A stretch of 64,000 bases of DNA from an uncultured Nitrososphaerota archaeon (GTDB lineage Archaea; Thermoproteota; Nitrososphaeria; Nitrososphaerales; CADDZS01), in contig CAWCYI010000004.1 in NCBI GenBank assembly GCA_963799845.1, positions 672,001 through 736,000 of the forward strand. Direction: 5' to 3'. The notes below the pieces were generated by a model. That model was given only the letters and a program-made list of their open reading frames with translations. It made no database searches and was not told where the DNA came from. Position numbers and translations under genes: made by a program. This document shows, one piece after another, positions 39,036-48,263 of this stretch. Every line of letters starts with the position of its first letter. Within the stretch, counting starts at the first letter, position 1.

Positions 39036-40733
39036 TTACCGGACCGACCTTCTGACTAGAGCTGCAATTATCCCTAATTCGCCTGCTGAAATGCACGTCA
39101 TTACCAATATTGAAAGTTCGTGGTCGAGACTGAGCAAGAACGTTATTGCGTAGCCAATGACGGGAGTCAACAAGATCGTCGTGGAGATTGCAAATGATTC
39201 CATGAGGCGCTTAATGTCAGAACCTGCCATTATGCTGAATCCCTCCTGACTGATTCCGTCCCCGGCTGCTCCATCTCTCCTTCGAGGCTTGACAAAAAAA
39301 GCAATTTCGAAGATGCAAGCAGCAATCACGGAGAGAGCCTCGACAAAGGGGATCAGAAGAGTGTACTCTGAACTTATGTGCTTTGAGAGGCCGATTGCGA
39401 GCAATGTAATAGGAACGGGTGCGTAGGTTAGACTTGCAATTATCGTCTTGGCGTTGATGATTGTCCTTCCCCGAAGGGGAAGTGAAAGAGTGTATTCAAG
39501 ACCAGAGCCCTCCGTGTTCAGAAGGGTAGAACAAATCATGATTGTGAAAAAACATCCCAACACTGTCGCAATTATCATCGACGTCGCTTTCATCACCGGA
39601 AATTGTGACGTTACAACGGCTAGGGTTATCACTTCGAAGAGGGGAGTGGCGTAGAAGAATGCGAGAGAAGGATTCTTTGACGCAAGCCGGAGATCCTTCA
39701 AAACATAGGCAGTGAGAGGCTTCTGCAATCTAAGGGAGAAATCTGTAACCCGCTTATTCACCGAGGTCAACCCGTACCCCCGAGTTATTGCTGAAACTGA
39801 CCGAAACGTCCGCTGACCGGCGAAAAATGAGAGAATGAAATAACCAAAGGTTGCGAAGTACGAAAGCAACGGAGGAACGTATCTCGGCACGAGGAGAATG
39901 ACTCTTGGTGGGAGAGGAGACGAGTAAAGTCCTGGATAGACCACATTCGTGATTGCCAGGCCAATGGAAAATGGATGCAACACGGAGAGAACCAGACCAA
40001 CCGGCTGGGTAATGCTCCCTAAAATCGCACTAGCAAAAAAGGGAAGTGCGTAACTTACGAAGTTGAACAGGAATGCGATGCTCATTGCAGCAATCCCCCA
40101 CGTTATCAGAAACAGAGTTCGTCCTATTTTGGCGGTAAGAGATCGTCCTCCTCGAGTCACGTTTCTGTAGAAAATTCCCGAAAACCAGAGCGCGATTGCC
40201 ATCGCGAATACAATATTCGCAAGCGATCCAGCCGTCATCATTACCGTGGCAATCAATGAGTGAGTCAGCAGTGCAACGGCGCAGATCTGGACTAGAGTCG
40301 TTGTGACGGCAATGTAATCGAAGGTTCTAATGAAAGAAAGCAAAGCGATCAGGGAAAAATCTTGCTCGTTCAGTGGCAAAGAGCGGAGAAGATAGTAGGA
40401 TTCACCGCTCGAAAATGATGGTAGGATCTGAAGAGAGAAAAATACTATGTAAGCGAGACTGATGGCGAGACTGAGAGAAATTCCGCTGACGAGAGCTTCT
40501 GGCGTTGGAGCCACGATGTATTCCAGGAACGGAAAAAATGCCCCGATGGTCCCCAAGACGGCAAATGCGACCTTGCTGGTCCTAGCACTGCCGATCGTCC
40601 TGTCGAACCTTTTCCGCAGATCCTGACCATGTAACCCGTAACCCGAGGTCGAACCGCGACTGTTTTCAATCGAACGATAGGCGACTTCACGGTATGGATA
40701 GCGACTTAGCTTCCAAGCTTCTCGAAGTCTCAT
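39036..40733 (-). CDS. ABC exporter permease (archaeal ABC-2-like)
   Basis: More than 12 TM segments, LRSLPL / LSLPL motifs, KDLRLASKNP; downstream of an ABC ATPase. Confidence 0.85.
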   Translation of the reverse strand: MRLREAWKLSRYPYREVAYRSIENSRGSTSGYGLHGQDLRKRFDRTIGSARTSKVAFAVLGTIGAFFPFLEYIVAPTPEALVSGISLSLAISLAYIVFFSLQILPSFSSGESYYLLRSLPLNEQDFSLIALLSFIRTFDYIAVTTTLVQICAVALLTHSLIATVMMTAGSLANIVFAMAIALWFSGIFYRNVTRGGRSLTAKIGRTLFLITWGIAAMSIAFLFNFVSYALPFFASAILGSITQPVGLVLSVLHPFSIGLAITNVVYPGLYSSPLPPRVILLVPRYVPPLLSYFATFGYFILSFFAGQRTFRSVSAITRGYGLTSVNKRVTDFSLRLQKPLTAYVLKDLRLASKNPSLAFFYATPLFEVITLAVVTSQFPVMKATSMIIATVLGCFFTIMICSTLLNTEGSGLEYTLSLPLRGRTIINAKTIIASLTYAPVPITLLAIGLSKHISSEYTLLIPFVEALSVIAACIFEIAFFVKPRRRDGAAGDGISQEGFSIMAGSDIKRLMESFAISTTILLTPVIGYAITFLLSLDHELSILVMTCISAGELGIIAALVRRSVR

Positions 40734-40742
40734 CCGCTACAA

Positions 40743-41597
40743 TCATTTCCCGACGAAGAAAGCTTCTCTCAACGTTCGGATAGTTTCCTGGATCTCTTCT
40801 TCCTCGTGAGTTAGTTTGAGAAACACATCTTCGAGAGTTGCTGGTGCGACATTCTCTCCAAAAGCCACATGATTGTTTCCTGAGGTAACGGCTACCGCCT
40901 TAGCTTTTCCCCGAAGTTCGTCCAGTGAGCCTTCAGCAACAATCTCGCCCTGGTAAATTATCCCGATACGATCACAGACGTGCTCCGCGACCTCCATGAT
41001 GTGGGTCGAGAAGAGGACAGCTCCTCCAGTTTTCTTCGCATGGAGCGTGATGATATCCTTGACTATGCGACTGCTCCTAGCATCCAACCCGTTAAGAGGC
41101 TCATCCAGAAGTAACAATGGAGGTTCATGAATCAGTGCGGCGATGAGTGAAATTTTTTGCTTCGTGCCCATTGAAAGAGTCGCGATTGGTGAATCGTAAT
41201 ACTGATCCAATCCAAAGACTGGAGCAAGAGCTTTGATCCTTTCCGAGGCAAGTTTCGGATTTGTTTTCCGAATGGAAGAAATGAATTCGAAAAAGTCTCG
41301 TGGGGTCAACGAATCGTAGAGAGTGGAGCTTTCAGAGACATATCCAATTTTTGACTTTACTCCTAACGGATCCGTAGAAGGATCCTGTCCCATTACGCGA
41401 ATTGAGCCCGAGGTCGGAGCGACCAATCCGGCGATTATTTTGATCATTGTACTTTTTCCGGCACCGTTTGGTCCCAGGAGTCCATAGATTTCCCCTGGCA
41501 TCACGTTTAGGTCCAGATTTGAAAGGGCCCTGACGTCACCGTATTCTTTCGAAATCGACTTTGCTTCAACAATAGGGGCATACTTCAAAGTAGACAA
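40743..41597 (-). CDS. ABC exporter ATP-binding protein
   Basis: GPNGAGKS, LSMGTKQK, LLLDEP, STH. Confidence 0.95.
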   Translation of the reverse strand: MSTLKYAPIVEAKSISKEYGDVRALSNLDLNVMPGEIYGLLGPNGAGKSTMIKIIAGLVAPTSGSIRVMGQDPSTDPLGVKSKIGYVSESSTLYDSLTPRDFFEFISSIRKTNPKLASERIKALAPVFGLDQYYDSPIATLSMGTKQKISLIAALIHEPPLLLLDEPLNGLDARSSRIVKDIITLHAKKTGGAVLFSTHIMEVAEHVCDRIGIIYQGEIVAEGSLDELRGKAKAVAVTSGNNHVAFGENVAPATLEDVFLKLTHEEEEIQETIRTLREAFFVGK

Positions 41598-41782
41598 AGA
41601 ATTTCCGTCTTGAGAGAACTATCTCATCCAGATATTCAATTAACCTTGAGATTTACAGATCTGGAGTCGGAATACTTGCAGAAACAGATCTGAAAAATGG
41701 CCGGTAGTTATGGCAACAGTTGTAACCTGTTGCCAACAGACCTGTCTTACGCGAAGAGTCTTGTCGGAACCAGGTTCTGAGA

Positions 41783-42461
41783 TTAAGGTCCCGAAGTCGT
41801 GTAGGTCGATGTGATAGTCTCTGTGATCGTTGTAGCATTCTGAGATTCCGTATAAGTCTCAGGGATAAAGAAAGTAGTCCCCGTTATTGTGTAAGTCGTT
41901 CCGTTAAGCGAGAATGTGGTTGCGGGGTATACCATGCAGTCATAGGTTCCACCTGAAAATGCGAAAGTAGTTCCCGTTATAACTCCCGTCGTTCCAGTTA
42001 TTACGATGGAAGAAGCAGTATAAACTGAAGTGTATCCAGTAAGCGTCTCAGTTGTCGTGTACGTAGTAGTAACGTTGTAACATCCAGATACCGTGGCCAG
42101 GGTGGTCTGGGGACCCGAGGAGTTTGCTACGGTGCTCATCGTCGTACTATTCGAGGACGCTGCCATACTGGTACTAGTATTAACGATCTCAGTGGAACTT
42201 GTCATCGGTGAAGATGTGGAGTTAGTAACCATACTTGCGCTGGTCGAAGGAGTACTCGAAGACGAGCTGAGTCTGGGGAGGCACTGAAGATGTAGTCAGA
42301 GGAGTTGTCGTGACCTGGGCCACGCTCGAAGTGGAACTCGATTTTGATGAACCGAGCGCGAGATATGCACCAACTCCGACGGCAGCAATTATCACAATTA
42401 TCACAACAACTATCGCAGCAGCTGCGATTCCGCTATTTTCCCGATTAAGGCCTTGTCTCAT
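41783..42461 (-). CDS. Ser/Thr-rich surface protein with a class III-like signal peptide, frameshift near 42270
   Basis: MRQGLNRENSG|IAAAAIVVVIIVIIAAVG; joins the 41783..42232 ORF after a 1-base shift. Confidence 0.7.
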
Positions 42462-42678
42462 ACGAAAAGCAGAATTGGTATTGAAGGGCGGTATTTATAC
42501 TGTTAGTGTGGTTCGTGCTTGATCTTTGATTTCTAAGATTTCCTCTTTTTTTTGCAAACTTTTCGAGAAAACGTACAAGTTTCTAGCCTCAATCCGACAC
42601 ACAGGTGACTCGTCTTGAGATTGATTGCTAGTGGCTCAAAAATAAGGTCTAGTTGAATCGAAAAATGAGATGAACGAG

Positions 42679-42708
42679 AAAAAAGAGAGAGGCCTCCGAA
42701 GAGGTCTC
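42679..42708 (-). terminator. Hairpin with C(UUCG)G loop followed by a U-tract
   Basis: Minus strand GAGACCTC-TTCG-GAGGCCTC-TCTC-TTTTTT at the stop of the coiled-coil gene. Confidence 0.6.
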
Positions 42709-43312
42709 AGTTTGCGGTTATCTGTACGGTTTGTGGAGTTGGGATGTGAGAGATTTCTTCCATTCCGGAGTGCGTGACCATCGGCGCCGTCTTTGTCAGC
42801 GAGTCGATCTGTTGGGATAGGTCTTCGAATTCGGTCTTCGGCATGGAGTTTGCAAGAACGTTCTCAAGTTCGGCTATTCTGGATTCCGCGCGGTTGTATT
42901 GCTCTTTTGGAACTGTCTGCTCGTGGATTGTGTGAATCTCCTGATCCTTTCTGGAGACGACCTGCTCCAGCTCTGAAATCTTGGCCATTGCTTGCTGGAA
43001 CACTTGGTTCGGTACCGTTACTTCGGACAGTTTTACCGTCGCTTCCTTGATGGTGTCGCCTGAAACTGTGACCTGTTTGCTCAGTAGAGCCAGTCCCTGT
43101 CCAATGGTCTGGGTTTCCTCCAACTGAGACTTTGTCCGTCTGAGTTCCGCTGACATTCCGTCAATGGTTCCTTGCATCCTTGCGATGACTTCTTCATGGG
43201 TTTTCTTTGGTATCGATTGATCTAACTGCGCCTGAAGGCTTCTCGCCGTCAAAACCAATCTCCGTACTTCGCTGGTTATTTGTTCGGTTCTGCTGCTCAA
43301 CTGTTTGAACAC
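42707..43312 (-). CDS. Coiled-coil protein with repeated [ST][IVM]P[KN]xx[YFH] motifs
   Basis: SIPKKTH, TVPNQVF, TVPKEQY, SMPKTEF, each followed by heptads. Confidence 0.7.
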   Translation of the reverse strand: MFKQLSSRTEQITSEVRRLVLTARSLQAQLDQSIPKKTHEEVIARMQGTIDGMSAELRRTKSQLEETQTIGQGLALLSKQVTVSGDTIKEATVKLSEVTVPNQVFQQAMAKISELEQVVSRKDQEIHTIHEQTVPKEQYNRAESRIAELENVLANSMPKTEFEDLSQQIDSLTKTAPMVTHSGMEEISHIPTPQTVQITAN

Positions 43313-43589
43313 ACACGCTCTTTATGTGAGATCTGGGAGTCTGAACCATATCTAATGAACCTAGTCAACATATTTTGATAGCTTAGTTTCTTACTTTGCT
43401 CTCCAGTTAGTTGAAACAAACCGGAATCAAAAATTCACTTACGAAGAATGAGTATCTTCGTTTCTCGGAAATGTTCGTGTAAGGGTATGAGACAAGACAC
43501 CATAATAGGGCGATCTTTAGGAAAAGCGTCTTACTCACTCAATTGGCAAAAATTGATTACCTAGGTTTTGGGCAAATCGGTCCAACAAT

Positions 43590-43784
43590 ATGAAAATCAG
43601 GTTTGGTCTGATCTACCTGGCATTCGTGTTGGTCGGTGCGCTTTACGAGGCTGAAATGAATCATTTTTCAGGAATCGCCGTTGTAAACTACTTGCTGACA
43701 GGATTTCTCTATTCGTCAGTCTTTTTCATCGTTTTCTACATCGTCGTCCGGATAGCAGTTTTTGTTTTTGGGAGATTCAAGTAG
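43590..43784 (+). CDS. Small two-TM membrane protein
   Basis: ATG start, two hydrophobic helices. Confidence 0.55.
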   Translation: MKIRFGLIYLAFVLVGALYEAEMNHFSGIAVVNYLLTGFLYSSVFFIVFYIVVRIAVFVFGRFK

Positions 43785-43867
43785 GTAATCCGTACAGAGC
43801 TTGAAGTGGGATTTTGAAACAGTATCTAGAGCTCTCAACTGATTTATAACAAATTTCCCTTTTCTGT

Positions 43868-44266
43868 TTGAGCCCGCATTTGAAGCTGTTTTCTCACAAG
43901 TCCGGTTCAACTGGATTGATAGTTACCGTAATCGGAGGGATCATGCTTGCGGTCACATTCGTGATCGCTTTCGACGTTTACCAAGTTTACTTTGGTCTGG
44001 CTCAAAGCGACTTGAACTCATCCGCGGCTGATTTCATGCCAAGCCTGAACTCTCTTTTACAGGCTGCCATTGTAGTAATGTTTCTCGGGATAATGGGTTG
44101 GGTTGGATCCGCCTTCCTTTTGAGGGGCGTTGATTTCATGAAAGTGGACAGGGGAGTGGGCGTCGTAACCTTCAAAGTCGACAAGGGCGTCGGAATGGTC
44201 TCGGGAGTTGAAGTGACTGGTAAGCAGAACCAGACCCAAGTCCTTGAAGTTCCCGCCGACAACTAG
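43868..44266 (+). CDS. Membrane protein of unknown function
   Basis: Two TM helices; C-terminal duplicated KVDRGVG/KVDKGVG. Confidence 0.65.
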   Translation: MSPHLKLFSHKSGSTGLIVTVIGGIMLAVTFVIAFDVYQVYFGLAQSDLNSSAADFMPSLNSLLQAAIVVMFLGIMGWVGSAFLLRGVDFMKVDRGVGVVTFKVDKGVGMVSGVEVTGKQNQTQVLEVPADN

Positions 44267-44293
44267 AATTCACTTTCTGGCTGTGCTTCTCCT

Positions 44294-45151
44294 ATGGCCA
44301 GGGAAGCTCCGTTCATCTCAAAGGCGCTAAAACTCGTTTCATTGGCGATTACGGTCGCAATCGTCGCGATTGCGGCCACCGCGGCTTATTCCGGCTATGA
44401 AGAGTATGGCGCACTCGTTTCAGTCGGAAGTGCATCTTCGAGCCAGCTCAATGCAGTCCTCAACAGTTCGACTCTGACCATCTCCGGACTCAATGTGCCG
44501 AATAGGATGATCTACCCCCTTACTTTGGAACTCCTGGGAAACGTATCTATCGATGATACGCGCGTCGGAAATTTTGACACTGGCGCATATGTCATTCAGC
44601 CCGGCTATTCGCAGAGCATTAACGTATCGATTCCTCTAAATTACGATGCCCTCTTGAACAATACAAAAGCCCTGCAACAGGCCATCTCGAATTCGAGCAT
44701 CCTAACGATCAACACAACAGTAGCGGCGAATATGGTCCCACTCTTGGGCATCAACATAACGAAATCTGCTAACATGACGATCGGTCCGATAATTGGTGAT
44801 CTTTCTGCAAATCTCAATACTTCTGCTACACACATATCGGCAGACCACGAGTCGATGATGATTCCAGTCATATTGAGCTGGAATAATTTGTCGCCGATTT
44901 CAACAGGGTCGTTTTGGCTGAACGCGAATCTGACAAGTCTCCCGGGCAGACAGAGCGGAAGTTACGGAACGGCGTCGGGCGTCCTAAATTTTGTGCTGGG
45001 CAAAAACACGCAGATTTTTGATCTGAAGCTGCCAATCAAAGATTTTGAAGGAGGTAGCGTTTCCTCCGGAACTTACTCCATCCTTCTTTCATTCAGCCAG
45101 AGGGAATCTTCGGTACCGTTCATGCAAACAACGAGATTGATGGGTGTCTAA
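44294..45151 (+). CDS. Membrane-anchored beta-sandwich (LEA2/WHy-like) protein
   Basis: N-terminal TM helix, VPNRMIYPL...IQPG.SQSINVSIPL, many N-x-S/T sequons. Confidence 0.65.
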   Translation: MAREAPFISKALKLVSLAITVAIVAIAATAAYSGYEEYGALVSVGSASSSQLNAVLNSSTLTISGLNVPNRMIYPLTLELLGNVSIDDTRVGNFDTGAYVIQPGYSQSINVSIPLNYDALLNNTKALQQAISNSSILTINTTVAANMVPLLGINITKSANMTIGPIIGDLSANLNTSATHISADHESMMIPVILSWNNLSPISTGSFWLNANLTSLPGRQSGSYGTASGVLNFVLGKNTQIFDLKLPIKDFEGGSVSSGTYSILLSFSQRESSVPFMQTTRLMGV

Positions 45152-45156
45152 TTGAA

Positions 45157-45633
45157 ATGACAAGAAAAATATTTGGCATCGATTTGGGCGTATTTTTTTC
45201 AAGAACGGGATACGCAGTTGGTTATGGCCTCCTGACGATAGTAGTTTTTTACGAACTACCAGATCTTTTGTTGAAAAATATCAATGGGAGTGTTGCTAAC
45301 TTGCCGTTGGACAACGGAACCCTTTTCATCTCGTACGCCATCCTGATCACTATTCTAAGCTGCGTTCAGATTATTTTTCAGGATCACTTCGTCGGCGACG
45401 TTGCCGCAATATCAAACGGGATAGCACAGATTTTCTACATTTACATCTTTGCAAATGGTGGACTGATTACCGAGAACCTGTCAAGCTCTGGGATAACACT
45501 GTCGCTTGATTTTAGAACAGTCATTTACTTGATGCTTATTCCGTCCTCCCTTTCGATCATTTCGGCCGTTGTCTCTGCCAGCTCGCGATCGTCAATCGCT
45601 CGGTCGGAAATGGTGGAAGTTCCGCTCAACTAG
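45157..45633 (+). CDS. Four-TM membrane protein
   Basis: Starts 5 bp after the previous gene; hydrophobic. Confidence 0.65.
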   Translation: MTRKIFGIDLGVFFSRTGYAVGYGLLTIVVFYELPDLLLKNINGSVANLPLDNGTLFISYAILITILSCVQIIFQDHFVGDVAAISNGIAQIFYIYIFANGGLITENLSSSGITLSLDFRTVIYLMLIPSSLSIISAVVSASSRSSIARSEMVEVPLN

Positions 45634-45738
45634 ATTTGCAAAAACTCGCAAATGAATCCTAGAGACAACTATCAGTTCACTACCCTGTAAGGAGAATCTT
45701 CTATTGCAGGCTGTTACAGGGAAAATCTGAACCAAGAA

Positions 45739-45909
45739 TTACATTGGTTTGCTTTCGTTGCTAAAGTCGGAAAACAGGTAAAACGTGAAGAACATGCAAC
45801 AGAATATGGCGGCAAATCCCATGGCGGGCCTCGCCACAAAAAACACAATGGACAGCAAGACGGCCCAAAGAAAAACTGACAGCAAATCTTTACTGAAGGG
45901 GGATTTCAT
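45739..45909 (-). CDS. Possible 56-aa two-TM protein
   Basis: MKSPFSKDLLSVFLWAVLLSIVFFVARPAMGFAAIFCCMFFTFYLFSDFSNESKPM. Confidence 0.45.
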   Translation of the reverse strand: MKSPFSKDLLSVFLWAVLLSIVFFVARPAMGFAAIFCCMFFTFYLFSDFSNESKPM

Positions 45910-46062
45910 TGAATCAAGACATAATTGAAGACCTAGTTATTTGTCTTGACACAGTTCACAAAAAACATGATTGATTCTTTTTGGAAAATGCCAAGGAATA
46001 GATTACAAGTAATCTTCTTGCCAATCTATTCCAATCAAGAGGAATTTGCGATGTGAACTGTC

Positions 46063-46221
46063 TTACGCGTCTTCTACCAGCACGTCTCTGACGCTCGCCG
46101 ATTGAATACCATACAACCTGAGGAACTCTTTTGCGGCTTCACTTTCGTTCTTTGCATGGATGTCGGCATCGAGAATGCACCAGAATCTTTTCTGACTACT
46201 TTTCTTAGAAGATTTCTTCAT
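46063..46221 (-). CDS. Possible 52-aa protein
   Basis: MKKSSKKSSQKRFWCILDADIHAKNESEAAKEFLRLYGIQSASVRDVLVEDA. Confidence 0.45.
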   Translation of the reverse strand: MKKSSKKSSQKRFWCILDADIHAKNESEAAKEFLRLYGIQSASVRDVLVEDA

Positions 46222-46325
46222 GCTGACCCTTTGGTGAGAGAGATATATTCAGACTTGTGAATGCAAAATATAGATTGCAAATCAGCTGGAGTTAGAGTCG
46301 CCAAGAACGAACGTGCAGGCTCGCT

Positions 46326-48263
46326 TTACGAATTCAATGTATCCACAATAATTTTCGCAAGCTTCTCGCTTATCTTACCAACTTGTGAAATTTCTTCGAC
46401 CCCTGACCTCCTCATTGCTTCGACCGAACCAAAATGCGCCAGCAGGTTGCGTTTTCTCTTTTCTCCTATTCCTGCAATTTCGTCAAGTTCTGACTTGGTG
46501 ACGTGCCTTGATCGCAATTTTCTGTGATAAGTGATGCCAAATCGATGCGCCTGGTCCCGAATATGCTGCATGATATGCAATGCCTCGGAATCCTTTGACA
46601 ACTTGATTGGGCGAACTCTTGTGGGAGTAAAGATGAGCTCCTCTTTCTTCGCCAGCGCGACTGTTGGTATCCCAAAAATTCCGTCGGTGTGCATCTGGTT
46701 TATAGCCGCATTCAGGTGCCCCTTGCCTCCATCAATTACGACCAGATCGGGAGGATCCTTCGCCCATCGTCGCCCTTCGGCGTTGGTCTCAGACAATCTC
46801 TTGAACCTACGGCTGATCATCTCTGCCATCATCGCGTAATCGTCAATTCCCTCGACCGTCTTGATTTTGAATTTCCTGTACTGGTTCTTTTCTGGGAATC
46901 CGTCTACGAAGACCGTCATCGCCCCCACGGCTTCATCCCCGTGAATGTTGGAAATATCGAAGCATTCGATCCTCCTCGGTAGGTGATCGAGATCAAGCTT
47001 CTCCTTGATATCCTTGAGGGCACGCAATCTTTCCCTCTTTTTCACGTCTTCTTTGGATTCTTGTTCTTTCAGAACCAATAGTGCATTGTCCTGCGCCAGC
47101 TTCATGAGCCTGCGATTTTCTTCACCCGAAGAAGCGGAGATGAGCTTCACCGTCTTTATCGGCTCTTCTGCGTCCCTATTCATTTCGGTCCGAGCGACAC
47201 CCTGAATGAGCGCTTCAATTTCTGCTGAATCCGGCAGTTCGATTGGGACAACTATCTCACTCGGAAATTGATGCCCAACCATTGCCTCTGTGGAAGAATA
47301 ATGCTGTTTTATGAACGCCGAAAGAATTTCCAAATCTTCAACTTTCGCGCTTACCACATCCAGAATATATTTTTCGCGCCCCACCACATTTCCTTCCCTT
47401 ACCTGAAACACAATAGCCGCGGCTGTATTACTCTCCGTATTCTCTTCCGCATGGGTCTCTCTCGCGATTGTCACTACATCCTTATCACGGTCCTTCTGGC
47501 TGGGAAAAGCTATTCTTTGCTTCAAGGCCGTCGCCTCGAGCGATCTAATTTCATTTCGAATTTTGGAGGCTCTTTCGTAGTCCTGCGACTCAGAAGCTTT
47601 CCACATGTCGTCATACATCAGCTTTGAAAGTTTGACGAGCTTGCCCCCCAGGAATAGCTCGAATTTCTTTACGTCGCTGAAATACTCTTTCTGAGTAACG
47701 GCGAAAATGCAGGGAGCTTTGCAGAGACCGATATTGTAGTCAATGCAAGCTTTGAATTTTTTTTCCCAATTTAGTGGAAGTGTGCAACCTCGGATGGGGA
47801 ATATCCTCCTAAGGTACTTTACTGTTCTCCTGGCAGCTCGTGCGTTTCCATAGGGCCCAAAGTAATGAGATCCGTCATCTTCTACCCGCCTAGTAACAAG
47901 GACGCGCGGCACTGCATCTGAAGTGATTTTGATGTATGGATAGCTCTTGTCATCCTTCAACCTTATGTTGTATTTCGGCTTGTACCTCTTGATCAATACG
48001 TTTTCGAGAATGAGCGCTTCGAGAGGTGACTGGTTGAAAATATAATCTGCGCTTTTGATCTGAACTTTGAGGCTCTGTCCTATCGGATCGTCGAATTTCG
48101 GGCGAAGATGCGCGAGTACTCTTCCTTTGATGCTGGTTGCTTTTCCAACGTAGACAGGACTTCCCTCCTCATTTCTAAGGATGTAGACTCCCGGCCTTTC
48201 AGGAAGCTTGTCAAAATTATCCAGTGGAGTTGAGATCGCTTCTTGCAGTGATAGGTTCAACAA
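46326..48263 (-). CDS. uvrC: Excinuclease ABC subunit C
   Basis: GIY-YIG (PGVY...YVGKA), [23 protein letters not shown], HhH. Confidence 0.97.
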   Translation of the reverse strand: MLNLSLQEAISTPLDNFDKLPERPGVYILRNEEGSPVYVGKATSIKGRVLAHLRPKFDDPIGQSLKVQIKSADYIFNQSPLEALILENVLIKRYKPKYNIRLKDDKSYPYIKITSDAVPRVLVTRRVEDDGSHYFGPYGNARAARRTVKYLRRIFPIRGCTLPLNWEKKFKACIDYNIGLCKAPCIFAVTQKEYFSDVKKFELFLGGKLVKLSKLMYDDMWKASESQDYERASKIRNEIRSLEATALKQRIAFPSQKDRDKDVVTIARETHAEENTESNTAAAIVFQVREGNVVGREKYILDVVSAKVEDLEILSAFIKQHYSSTEAMVGHQFPSEIVVPIELPDSAEIEALIQGVARTEMNRDAEEPIKTVKLISASSGEENRRLMKLAQDNALLVLKEQESKEDVKKRERLRALKDIKEKLDLDHLPRRIECFDISNIHGDEAVGAMTVFVDGFPEKNQYRKFKIKTVEGIDDYAMMAEMISRRFKRLSETNAEGRRWAKDPPDLVVIDGGKGHLNAAINQMHTDGIFGIPTVALAKKEELIFTPTRVRPIKLSKDSEALHIMQHIRDQAHRFGITYHRKLRSRHVTKSELDEIAGIGEKRKRNLLAHFGSVEAMRRSGVEEISQVGKISEKLAKIIVDTLNS

